A DNA stretch of 64,000 bases from an uncultured Mycoplasmatota bacterium (GCA_900544605.1 UQVP01000002.1:13709-77708); one strand, 5' to 3'. Positions 28,696-38,127 are shown, numbered from the stretch's first letter. Numbers and translations: made by a program. The notes: generated from the sequence alone by a model not told the origin.

Positions 28696-30195
28696 ATGAA
28701 ATCATATACTAATACGAAATTAAGAAAGAAATTACAAAATAAAGGTATTACCCTTGATGAAAAAAAGAAATCGTATTTTGATAAATATAGTTATTATCAA
28801 GTTATTAATGCCTATAAAAATATTTTTTCTACTAGTATTGAAAATATTGATGATATTGAGAATAATATAAAAAATTCAATTGATATTGATAGATATAAAA
28901 AAAATTTTTCAATTTCTAATGACATCAGTAATAATGCTTTATATAGAGAAATATTAATTAGTATATGTCAAAAATATGGTATTAATTTAAAAAATACTGA
29001 TTCAAATGAAGAACTTAAAGAAAAAATAAAAGGAATAAAATTTTATAATCATTTATATTCTAATAAAGTTATTTATAGTGATTTTATTAGAATTTATAAA
29101 TTTGAACATGAGCTTAGGAATGTATTATTAAAATATACACTAATAATAGAAGAAAGCTTAAAAAACGTTTTGGTCACATATTTAAATAGTGTTGAAGCAA
29201 AAGACAATTTTTTAACAGATATAAATCAATATGATACAACTCCTAAAAATATTACAAATTCTATTAATTCGATACAGAAAATTTTTGGTAAGCAAACTAA
29301 TAAATATTCTAATCCAATTAAAAGAAAGAATGACCAGGAACTTTCAGTACCATACTGGATTATAATAAATGAACTAACATTAGGAGAAACTATAAAGTTA
29401 ATAATTAATTTAGATAGAACTCATATGCAAAGCATTTTGGAAAATTGCGTTAATTGTTTTACTAATGTTAAATTAAATAAAGATGAAATAATAACAAATG
29501 AAGATAAAGAAAAATATTGGAATAAATTAAACGTTATGCGTGAAATATTAAATGTTGTTGGTTTATTAAGAAATAGTTTAGCTCATAATCAACCTATATA
29601 TAATTTTAACGTAAAAGAATACTATTCATCAAAATCAAGTAATGTACATTATATTTTACCAAAAGCACATAATCAACAAGAACAATATGTATTAACAACA
29701 AATTATATGTCTTACTTAGCAGAATTTTTTGGTAGTGATAGATACAATAGTTTTTCTGGTAATACAAATATTAATTTATCATGGGTTATATATATAATCT
29801 ATAAAATTATTTCACATTTAGATAAAAACACTAATATGTATATAGAGTTAGTTTATGTATATCAGAAATATAATATTATTTTAAGACCAAGTAAGGTTGC
29901 AACTAATAAGATAGAATTATATGAAACAATATTATCTAAATTAAATGATTATAGTACTATCGATTTTAATATAAATAATATTAAAGAAAAATATGATAAT
30001 GATAAAAGAATTAAATTAAATTTAATATCACTAAATAAGCAAATCAGGGAGATGCAAAATGAGATGAAATTCTTATTAAACGAGAATAATAAAAATAATG
30101 AATGTATGAAGTATACACACTTCTTATTTGATAGGGCATACACTAAGTATACTGGTATAGATAAGAAGTATTTTGACAAATTAATGAATAATTAA
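28696..30195 (+). CDS. Abi_2 (AbiD/AbiF-like) abortive-infection family protein with long C-terminal extension
   Basis: ATG 28696 follows a GGAGGA ribosome-binding site. The N-terminal KLRKKLQNKGITLDEKKKSYFDKYSYYQVINAYKN matches the Abi_2 signature. At 499 aa it is longer than the typical ~300-350 aa. Confidence 0.7.
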   Translation: MKSYTNTKLRKKLQNKGITLDEKKKSYFDKYSYYQVINAYKNIFSTSIENIDDIENNIKNSIDIDRYKKNFSISNDISNNALYREILISICQKYGINLKNTDSNEELKEKIKGIKFYNHLYSNKVIYSDFIRIYKFEHELRNVLLKYTLIIEESLKNVLVTYLNSVEAKDNFLTDINQYDTTPKNITNSINSIQKIFGKQTNKYSNPIKRKNDQELSVPYWIIINELTLGETIKLIINLDRTHMQSILENCVNCFTNVKLNKDEIITNEDKEKYWNKLNVMREILNVVGLLRNSLAHNQPIYNFNVKEYYSSKSSNVHYILPKAHNQQEQYVLTTNYMSYLAEFFGSDRYNSFSGNTNINLSWVIYIIYKIISHLDKNTNMYIELVYVYQKYNIILRPSKVATNKIELYETILSKLNDYSTIDFNINNIKEKYDNDKRIKLNLISLNKQIREMQNEMKFLLNENNKNNECMKYTHFLFDRAYTKYTGIDKKYFDKLMNN

Positions 30196-30437
30196 GTAAA
30201 ATCATCATAAAATATTAGTGTTACATATTTACATTAATTATAAAATATGATATTATGAATATGTAATGAAATGCCTCTCTTTTTGAGAGGGAAAAAAAGG
30301 AACGCTGTTCCTTTTTTTCGTATTATTTTATAGAATTGATAAAAAAATATTGAAATAAATTATATATACGGTAGAATGAAATTAATGATCAGTTGTTTAT
30401 CAACTATTTCTAAAGTTTCGGACACGTTATTTATCTG

Positions 30438-30482
30438 TACCATTTAGATATAACTAATTCGTTTATGAATTAGTTTTTTTGT
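30438..30482 (+). repeat. Direct repeat copy 2 (duplicate of the tRNA 3' end and terminator)
   Basis: TACCATTTAGATATAACTAATTC-GTTTAT-GAATTAGTTTTTTTGT. The hairpin loop is the reverse complement of the loop in copy 1. Confidence 0.85.
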
Positions 30483-30553
30483 AAAAATTTCTAATTTTCT
30501 AATCTTTATAATTTAAAATGCTTATGATATAATGAAAATAGGAGGAATGTGTT

Positions 30554-30901
30554 ATGAAGAGGGAAATTAAAAATTTTGGTAAGTGGGTAGAAATAATTTT
30601 AATAGTTTTGACTATCATTAGTTTAATAATAAGTGCTTTAGAGTATACAAACCTTATATATAGTGATTCATTTAATACAATCGCACTTAATGATATTTTA
30701 ATAAGTAAACCATTTACTATAACATTGTGGGTTGATAATATATTGATAATTTTAGTTAGTATATTTTATATTATTGATACAATTGAACAAAAGAAAAATT
30801 TATTTTTAAAATTAAGTTTCTGCTTATTTTCTATATGTACTACAATGTTAATGTCATGTCTTATAATTAACGGTATTGCTAGAATATTTGGTATTCTTTA
30901 A
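30554..30901 (+). CDS. Hypothetical small membrane protein (3 TM)
   Basis: 115 aa with three hydrophobic helices. Ribosome-binding site AGGAGG. Confidence 0.5.
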   Translation: MKREIKNFGKWVEIILIVLTIISLIISALEYTNLIYSDSFNTIALNDILISKPFTITLWVDNILIILVSIFYIIDTIEQKKNLFLKLSFCLFSICTTMLMSCLIINGIARIFGIL

Positions 30902-30982
30902 AAAGATGTAGATAGTGTTTAACTCAAGCTTTTAGTTTGAGTTTTATTGTGATATAATATAGTGACAGTTAGGAGAGTTAGT

Positions 30983-31105
30983 ATGAATATATATGATGTT
31001 TTTAAAAAGCTAGATATCAAATATAATGAAATAGAACATCAACCTTTATATACTATAGCTGATACTGAAATAATTAAAGGTAAAATAAAAGGTCATAAAT
31101 TATAA
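30983..31105 (+). pseudogene. 5' stub (40 codons) of a YbaK/ProX-type aminoacyl-tRNA deacylase gene
   Basis: MNIYDVFKKLDIKYNEIEHQPLYTIADTEIIKGKIKGHKL* with a GGAGAG ribosome-binding site. The N-terminal pattern matches prolyl-tRNA editing (YbaK/ProX) proteins, which are about 160 aa. Confidence 0.5.
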
Positions 31106-31109
31106 AAAA

Positions 31110-32294
31110 ATGACATATAAAGAAACAGGTGATAATGTGAATAGTTTGTATGAAACTAATAAAGAGTTGTTTAATAAATATATATTGAAATGTAAAGATA
31201 AAATTGAAAAGTTAAATTTTAATAATAAAGAGTTACAAGAAGGATTTGCTATATATCAAGATTTACTTAATAAAGGTCTTATAACTGGAGATATAAAGGT
31301 TGGTGACGTAATAAAAGATCATCGTTTAAATATGGCAAAAGTAAAGGAAAACCATACATATAGAGTTGTTAATGATACAGAAACTATTTGCAATAAAATT
31401 GAAGTAAATAATGATTTTACAGAAGTTGCTAAGTTGGCATCATTGTTTCACGATATAGCACGTTTTCCTCAAGCTATAACAAGTAATACCTTCCATGATA
31501 AAGAATGTAAGTTGTTTAATGGTTTAAGTCATGCTGAATATGGTTATAAAATGCTTTATATAGATAAAATGCTTAATGATTATCAAATTCCTAAGGAGTA
31601 TCATTATGCATTAGCGCTTGCGGTACTTAATCATCAAAAAAATAATAGTTCTAATATTCATTTCAATGATGTAAAAGAATTAGATGTAAACTTTTTAAAG
31701 GGACAAGAACAATTATCAAAACAAGAATTTATAATTATTTCCACTCTTACGCAATTAGTTAGAGATGTTGATAAAATAGATATTCTGTACCAACATATAA
31801 CAGGAGAATTTCCTGTTGTTAGACCATTTATCAAATATGAAATAAATGGTAAAACTTTAGATGAAATATGTAGCAAATATAATATAGATAAAGAAATATT
31901 AAAAAATTATAATAATTTGGAAAATGATAATCTTGAGAATAGAAAATATATTAACATTCCAAGTGATTATGTTGATCTAAATAAATTAGTTGTTCCTAAT
32001 GATATTAAAGATAGTTTCTTTCAAAATAAAGATTTAGATTTAAAAAAATTACAAAATAGAGAAGATTATAGTTTTATAGTAGGAATGTGGTGGCGTTTAA
32101 ATCACTTTTTAAACGATATTAATTTTGTTGCTAATTTGGAAATATTAAAAGAGAATAATACTCTAGAAAAAATATATAATGAATTTCCTTTGAGATATAA
32201 ATTTTTAGTGACAGAAGCATTTGATTTTACTAAAGAGGAAATCTTGGACAAAAAATTAGAAGAAAATAAGGGAAAAGTATTTGTTAAAAAGTAG
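31110..32294 (+). CDS. HD-domain metal-dependent phosphohydrolase
   Basis: LASLFHDIARFPQ (HD), SHAEYGYKML, LNHQ, and VRDVDKIDIL. An alternative GTG start at 31137 has a better ribosome-binding site (AGGTGA). Confidence 0.65.
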   Translation: MTYKETGDNVNSLYETNKELFNKYILKCKDKIEKLNFNNKELQEGFAIYQDLLNKGLITGDIKVGDVIKDHRLNMAKVKENHTYRVVNDTETICNKIEVNNDFTEVAKLASLFHDIARFPQAITSNTFHDKECKLFNGLSHAEYGYKMLYIDKMLNDYQIPKEYHYALALAVLNHQKNNSSNIHFNDVKELDVNFLKGQEQLSKQEFIIISTLTQLVRDVDKIDILYQHITGEFPVVRPFIKYEINGKTLDEICSKYNIDKEILKNYNNLENDNLENRKYINIPSDYVDLNKLVVPNDIKDSFFQNKDLDLKKLQNREDYSFIVGMWWRLNHFLNDINFVANLEILKENNTLEKIYNEFPLRYKFLVTEAFDFTKEEILDKKLEENKGKVFVKK

Positions 32295-32303
32295 TGGTGA
32301 TAT

Positions 32304-32918
32304 ATGAAAATAAATTATCAAGTAAAATTAGAAGAGATTATAAAAAAAGAAGAAGGAAAAGTTCCTAAATTATTGCTTCATTCTTGTTGTGCTCCTTGTA
32401 GTAGCTATGTTCTGGAATATTTAAGTAAATACTTTAAAATAACTATTGTTTATTATAATCCTAATATTAGTCCTTATGACGAATACAAGAAAAGGTTAGC
32501 TGAACAAATAAGATTAATAAATGAAATGAAAAGTATAAACAAAATATCTTTATTAGAGTGTAGCTATGATAACGAGGTATATGAAGAAGAAATAAAGGGA
32601 TTAGAATTAGAACCTGAACGTGGTAGTAGATGTTTAAAGTGTTATCATCTAAGACTTGAATATACTGCTAAACTTGCTAAAGAAAAGGGCTTTGATTATT
32701 TTGGTACTACTTTAAGTGTTAGTCCTTATAAGAGTTCGGAAGTTTTAAATAGGATAGGAGAAGAACTTTCTTGTGTATACAATATTCCATACTTATACTC
32801 TGATTTTAAGAAAAAAGAAGGTTATAAAAGATCAATAGAACTTTCCAAAATTTATAATTTATATCGTCAAGATTATTGTGGATGTAAATATTCAAAAAGA
32901 AAAGATATCAACGACTGA
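32304..32918 (+). CDS. queH: Epoxyqueuosine reductase QueH (DUF208)
   Basis: LLLHSCCAPCSSYVLE, YYNPNI, CLKCYHLRL, and DYCGC motifs. Confidence 0.85.
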   Translation: MKINYQVKLEEIIKKEEGKVPKLLLHSCCAPCSSYVLEYLSKYFKITIVYYNPNISPYDEYKKRLAEQIRLINEMKSINKISLLECSYDNEVYEEEIKGLELEPERGSRCLKCYHLRLEYTAKLAKEKGFDYFGTTLSVSPYKSSEVLNRIGEELSCVYNIPYLYSDFKKKEGYKRSIELSKIYNLYRQDYCGCKYSKRKDIND

Positions 32919-32925
32919 TATCTTT

Positions 32926-33474
32926 TTATATTAATCTCATTTCTGATTCATCATAGAATTTTTTCTTAGGGTCAATGCGATCATAAAATAATATTCCATT
33001 TAAATGATCTATTTCATGTTGAAAAGCGATTGACAAATCTTCACGTGCTCTAATTCTTATTTTATTACCATCTTCATCATAACCTTCAACAGTAACTCTA
33101 GCATATCTAGGCACATGTCCTTCAACTTCACGATTAACACTTAAGCAACCTTCACCAGCTTCAGCAGCAATCATTTCTTCAGAATTACTTACAATAACAG
33201 GATTAATTACAACATAGTTATCAAAAGTGTTTTCTTCTACTTCATGAACAATAATGATAATACGTTTTTTAATTCCTAATTGTGGAAAAGCAACCCCCAT
33301 ACCAGGTCGTAGATCATACTTTTTTTCATATTCTTCTATTTGACTATATGTTAAATGATCAATAGCTTGTTGTATCAATTTTTTTTCATCTTTTGAGATA
33401 GGAAAAGTAGCATCTTCACTAATTTGTCTTAATATTGGTTCTTTTTCATCTAATATATTTAATTTTTTAAACAT
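32926..33474 (-). CDS. def: Peptide deformylase
   Basis: GVAFPQLG, EGCLSV, and QHEIDHLNG motifs. ATG 33474 (MFKKLNIL) was chosen. The longer track ORF runs into the neighbouring gene. Confidence 0.9.
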   Translation of the reverse strand: MFKKLNILDEKEPILRQISEDATFPISKDEKKLIQQAIDHLTYSQIEEYEKKYDLRPGMGVAFPQLGIKKRIIIIVHEVEENTFDNYVVINPVIVSNSEEMIAAEAGEGCLSVNREVEGHVPRYARVTVEGYDEDGNKIRIRAREDLSIAFQHEIDHLNGILFYDRIDPKKKFYDESEMRLI

Positions 33475-33533
33475 TAATACCAACTCCGATATATATTGTA
33501 CCACAAAATAGAAAAAAAGGAAGTAAAAACTTC

Positions 33534-33698
33534 CTATCTTTGAGTTGGTCCGAATGCACGAGCACCAATAACAATAACTAAAAGAATGAATAATACTAGG
33601 ATTATAGCAGCACCGTATCCAGTACCATAACCGCCACCGTAGTTGCCACCACATCCACAAGCATTACCATATCCTTGGTAACCACCATAGTAATACAT
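33534..33698 (-). CDS. YjcZ-like small Gly/Tyr/Cys-rich sporulation protein with C-terminal TM helix
   Basis: MYYYGGYQGYGNACGCGGNYGGGYGTGYGAAIILVLFILLVIVIGA. Strong ribosome-binding site AAAGGAGGAATTCTATG. Confidence 0.6.
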   Translation of the reverse strand: MYYYGGYQGYGNACGCGGNYGGGYGTGYGAAIILVLFILLVIVIGARAFGPTQR

Positions 33699-33836
33699 AG
33701 AATTCCTCCTTTTCCTAATATAGTTTATTAATTCTAAGCAAAAATGCATATATATATGACCTATATTTTATAAAATAGTAAATTTATTTTTAAAATTTGC
33801 GATAAATGTGTTATTATATTTATAGTAGGTGGATAT

Positions 33837-35009
33837 ATGAGAAACACAATAAGACAAATACGAAAAAATTTTAGAGATATGGATAAACCATTATTTTTTG
33901 TTACTATCGCAATGTTTATATTTGGACTTTTAAGTATAGTATCTGCTTCAAGTAGAGAAGCTGTAGTTAGATATGGTTCAACTTTATATCATTATTTTTG
34001 GCGTCAACTTGCCATGTTAATAATAGGTTTTATTTTATCACTTTTTATTATTAATATTCCATCAAAAAAATATAAGGGATTTGCAGTAATTGGTTTTATT
34101 GGTATAAATGCTTTATTAGTATACTTATGGTTGTTTGGATCTGCTCATAAAGGAGCTCAAAACTGGTTATATATCCCTGGCTTTGGAACATTTCAACCCA
34201 GCGAGTTTGCAAAACCCATTATTATAGTATGCTTATCTTTATTATTTGAAAAATTTTCTAAAAAATTAAATGATCCTAAGTGTCCAAAATGGGATATGAT
34301 AGGTATGATTTTATTTGCAGGATTATCATCTGCTGCGATAATATTTCTTCAAAAGGATTTAGGTACAATGATGATTATTGTTGCTATATTTGGGGTAATG
34401 TTTTTAGCTAGTCCTATTTTAAAAGAAGATAAAATAAAAACAATAGGTATTTTAGTAGTAGTCGCACTTATCGGTATACTGGGAATGAAAGCTATAAAAG
34501 GATATGTTTTAACAGAGGCACAAATGGCTCGTTTTAATTTCTTTAATCCATGTACAAGATATGAAAAAGGTGGTTATCAAGTTTGTAATGGATTTATAGC
34601 TTTGAATGATGGTGGTTTATTAGGCTTAGGAATAGGAAAAAGTAAACAAAAATATTCATATATAGCAGAACCACACACAGACTCTATATTTGCAATCATT
34701 GGTGAAGAGTTAGGCTTCGTTAGAAGTAGTATTATTTTTATTGCTTATATTTTTATTTTATATCGCATTTTAATGCTTTCTAGTAAAGCTAGTACAATAC
34801 GTGGCAAATATATATGCCTAGGAGTTGCTGTTTATTTATTTGCCCATATATTCTTAAATTTAGGTGGTATATTAGGAATTATTCCCCTAACCGGGGTACC
34901 ACTACCATTTTTATCTTATGGTGGTTCATTTACAATATCATTTATAGTTGCGCTTACACTTGTACAAAGAACAGCAATTGAAACTAGTAGGACTAAAATA
35001 AGTTTGTAA
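33837..35009 (+). CDS. FtsW/RodA/SpoVE-family peptidoglycan glycosyltransferase (SEDS)
   Basis: About 10 TM helices; QPSEFAKP, HTDSIFAIIGEELG, and PLPFLSYGGS motifs. Confidence 0.9.
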   Translation: MRNTIRQIRKNFRDMDKPLFFVTIAMFIFGLLSIVSASSREAVVRYGSTLYHYFWRQLAMLIIGFILSLFIINIPSKKYKGFAVIGFIGINALLVYLWLFGSAHKGAQNWLYIPGFGTFQPSEFAKPIIIVCLSLLFEKFSKKLNDPKCPKWDMIGMILFAGLSSAAIIFLQKDLGTMMIIVAIFGVMFLASPILKEDKIKTIGILVVVALIGILGMKAIKGYVLTEAQMARFNFFNPCTRYEKGGYQVCNGFIALNDGGLLGLGIGKSKQKYSYIAEPHTDSIFAIIGEELGFVRSSIIFIAYIFILYRILMLSSKASTIRGKYICLGVAVYLFAHIFLNLGGILGIIPLTGVPLPFLSYGGSFTISFIVALTLVQRTAIETSRTKISL

Positions 35010-35170
35010 TTAAGTAAAATGTAATACGCAAAATTAACTCTAAAAAAGGTACTTAAATTATTAAGTATCTTTTATTTACAATTAAATACTAGGAGTTAAC
35101 TTTGCCTAAAAAAGTAATATATATACACCATTTATTAGCAAAATGTGGTATAATTAATACAGGTGGTAGT

Positions 35171-37726
35171 ATGACTATTAGTGAAGTAGACAAGACAAAA
35201 GTAACGCCTATGATGAGGCAATATATAGATATTAAAGAACAAAATCCTGATGTTATTTTATTTTTTCGATTAGGAGATTTTTATGAAATGTTTTTTGAAG
35301 ATGCAATAAATGTTTCTCATGAATTGGAACTTACTTTAACTGGAAAAAGTGCAGGACTAGATGAAAAAATTCCAATGTGTGGTATTCCTCATCATGCTGC
35401 TAATGTATATATAGAAAAGTTAATTGATAAAGGATATCGTATTGGAATATGTGAACAGTTAGAAGATCCTAGAAATGTTACTAAAGGTATTGTTAAACGT
35501 GATATAGTTCAAATAATTAGTAAAGGTACTGTAGTAGATAGTGAAAACTTAAATGAAAAAGAGAATAATTATATTGGTGATGTGATTGACTTTGAACATG
35601 CTTATGTTCTAAGTTATTCCGACATATCTACTGGTGTTATTTATACTGAATTAGTTGAACATAATATTTCCAAATTGGTAAGTGAAATTGTTAGTATAGG
35701 AATCAAAGAAATAATTACTAATAATAAATTAGATCAAAATATAATTAGTTTATTAAATAACCAATTTAAAATAAGTGTTACAAAAATAGATGATATTGAC
35801 GATATTAAAGAGTATGAGTATATTTATAAAAATTTAAATGATATTAGATATATTACATCAATTAAACATTTACTTACTTATATAACTAATACACAAAAAA
35901 GAAATCTTGCTCATATGCAGGAAGCTATTGTGAAAGAAACAAATAAAGCATTAAAAATGGATATTCATACTAAAAGAAATTTAGAGTTAACAGAAACCTT
36001 ACGTTTAAAACAAAGAAATTATTCTTTAATATGGTTGTTAGATAAAACAAAAACAGCTATGGGTTCACGTATGCTTAAAAACTATATTGAAAATCCTTTA
36101 ATAGATAAAAAAGAAATTGAAGAAAGATACAATATAGTTGAAACACTACTTCAAGAATTTATTTTAAAAAGTGATTTGCAAGAAGCACTATTTGAAGTAT
36201 ATGATTTAGAAAGATTAAGTGGACGTGTTGCTTTTGGTAATGCGAATGCGAAGGATTTATTACAACTTAAAAATTCGTTACGAGTTTTACCTAAAATAAA
36301 AGATATTCTTGATAAAATAAAGTATAAGGAAACTATTGATACTTTGCCTGAACTTTTTGATTTACTTGAAGAAAGTATTTATGAGAATCCTCCAATATCA
36401 ATTAAAGAAGGATATTTAATTAAGGAAGGATATAATAAAGAATTAGATGAACTAAAGGACTTACGTAAAGGTGGTAAAGATTTTGTTGCGCGCTTTGAAG
36501 CTGAAGAAAAAGAAAGAACTGGTATTAAAAATTTACGTGTTGGATATAATAGAGTTTTTGGTTATTATATTGAAGTTAGTAAAGGTAATACAAATTTAAT
36601 TAAAGATGAATATGGATACGAGAGAAGACAAACTTTAAGTAATTGTGAAAGATATATAAGTCCAATATTGAAAGAAAAAGAGGCATTAATATTAAATGCT
36701 GAAGAACGTATAATTGATTTAGAATATAATTTATTTTTAGCTATTAGAGATAAAGTTAAAACATTTATCCCTGCTTTACAAAAAATTTCAAAAATTATTA
36801 GTGAAATAGATGTTTTACAATCATTTGCAACAGTAACAGAAGAAAATAATTATGTACGTCCTTTAATAAGTGACGAAAGAGAAGTAGAAATAATAGATGG
36901 CAGACATCCTGTTGTAGAAAAAGTATTAGATGGTGACATTTATGTTCCTAATGATGTAATATTAGATAAAAATACTAATATACTTTTAATAACAGGCCCT
37001 AATATGGCTGGTAAATCTACTTATATGCGTCAATTTGCTATAACGGTTATAATGGCTCAAATTGGTTGTTTTGTTCCTGCTAGAAGCGCTAAACTGCCAA
37101 TATTTGATGCTATATATACAAGAATAGGGGCTAGTGATGATTTAGTTAGTGGCGAATCAACATTTATGGTAGAAATGATTGAAGCTAATTACGCGATTAG
37201 TAATGCTACAGAAAATAGTTTAATTTTATTTGATGAGTTAGGAAGAGGAACAGCAACATTTGATGGAATGGCTCTAGCTCAATCAATTATTGAATATATT
37301 CATAATGAAATAGGCGCTAAAACATTATTTTCAACCCACTATCATGAATTAACTGACCTTGAAGAAAAATTAGAACATTTAAAAAATATTCATGTTAGTG
37401 CACGTGAAGAAAATGGTAATATAACATTTCTTCATAAAATAAAACAAGGTAGTGTTGATAAAAGTTATGGTATTCATGTAGCGCGTCTTGCTAATTTACC
37501 GGATGCTTTAATTAAAAGAGCTGATGATATTTTAAAAATATATGAAGCTAAAGAGAAAAAAAGAGATATTAAAATACAAGAAACTTTGCCACTTGACGAG
37601 GTAATAATCAAAGAAAAAGAATCTAAGGTGGAAGAAGAATTAAAAAATATTAATCCTTTAGAAATAACACCACTTGATGCTTTAAATATATTGTATAAAC
37701 TAAAAGAAGAAGTAAAAAATAAATAA
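35171..37726 (+). CDS. mutS: DNA mismatch repair protein MutS
   Basis: TPMMRQYIDIKEQ..ILFFRLGDFYEMF, Walker A GPNMAGKST, and DELGRGT. ATG 35171 follows an AGGTGG ribosome-binding site. Confidence 0.95.
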   Translation: MTISEVDKTKVTPMMRQYIDIKEQNPDVILFFRLGDFYEMFFEDAINVSHELELTLTGKSAGLDEKIPMCGIPHHAANVYIEKLIDKGYRIGICEQLEDPRNVTKGIVKRDIVQIISKGTVVDSENLNEKENNYIGDVIDFEHAYVLSYSDISTGVIYTELVEHNISKLVSEIVSIGIKEIITNNKLDQNIISLLNNQFKISVTKIDDIDDIKEYEYIYKNLNDIRYITSIKHLLTYITNTQKRNLAHMQEAIVKETNKALKMDIHTKRNLELTETLRLKQRNYSLIWLLDKTKTAMGSRMLKNYIENPLIDKKEIEERYNIVETLLQEFILKSDLQEALFEVYDLERLSGRVAFGNANAKDLLQLKNSLRVLPKIKDILDKIKYKETIDTLPELFDLLEESIYENPPISIKEGYLIKEGYNKELDELKDLRKGGKDFVARFEAEEKERTGIKNLRVGYNRVFGYYIEVSKGNTNLIKDEYGYERRQTLSNCERYISPILKEKEALILNAEERIIDLEYNLFLAIRDKVKTFIPALQKISKIISEIDVLQSFATVTEENNYVRPLISDEREVEIIDGRHPVVEKVLDGDIYVPNDVILDKNTNILLITGPNMAGKSTYMRQFAITVIMAQIGCFVPARSAKLPIFDAIYTRIGASDDLVSGESTFMVEMIEANYAISNATENSLILFDELGRGTATFDGMALAQSIIEYIHNEIGAKTLFSTHYHELTDLEEKLEHLKNIHVSAREENGNITFLHKIKQGSVDKSYGIHVARLANLPDALIKRADDILKIYEAKEKKRDIKIQETLPLDEVIIKEKESKVEEELKNINPLEITPLDALNILYKLKEEVKNK

Positions 37727-37737
37727 GGAGGGTTCTT

Positions 37738-38127
37738 ATGAAAATTTTAAAACGTGAAAATTGGTGGATATGGTTACTTTTAACGCTCTTTTCACAAGGA
37801 AGCAGTACTTTAGTTTTAGGAGCACTTTTAGATGTTTATAAAAAAGATGCATGGTATGCTAATTGGAAATATTGGGTAATAGGACTTGTGTGTTTTATTT
37901 TTCCAGCTACAATAATGTTATCAATATTTACTATTCAAATATTATGTCAAACAGCTGCTAAACTAGATGTACAAGGTAAAGAAATATATTTAAGTCCATA
38001 TTTATGGTTACTTGCATGTATTATTCCTTTTATTGGATGGGCATGTATAGCAATAGGCTTAATTTATTTAGAAATAGCTATTTTAATTGCTCTTTACCAA
38101 GGAAAAGCTGAAAAGTATATTAAATAA
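37738..38127 (+). CDS. Hypothetical 4-TM membrane protein
   Basis: 129 aa, hydrophobic. Ribosome-binding site AGGAGGG. A terminator follows (AAGGCAA-ACAC-TTGCCTT plus a T-run, 38127-38152). Confidence 0.5.
   Translation: MKILKRENWWIWLLLTLFSQGSSTLVLGALLDVYKKDAWYANWKYWVIGLVCFIFPATIMLSIFTIQILCQTAAKLDVQGKEIYLSPYLWLLACIIPFIGWACIAIGLIYLEIAILIALYQGKAEKYIK

Noticed and set aside
35102-35170. N-terminal extensions of track ORFs (mutS from TTG 35102; likewise 2602, 17359, 18395, 20859, 38181, 38857, 39242, 44248, 47980, 53145, 59202).
   Set aside because: Internal ATG starts have proper ribosome-binding site spacing and match the conserved protein N-termini. The extensions overlap upstream genes or terminators.
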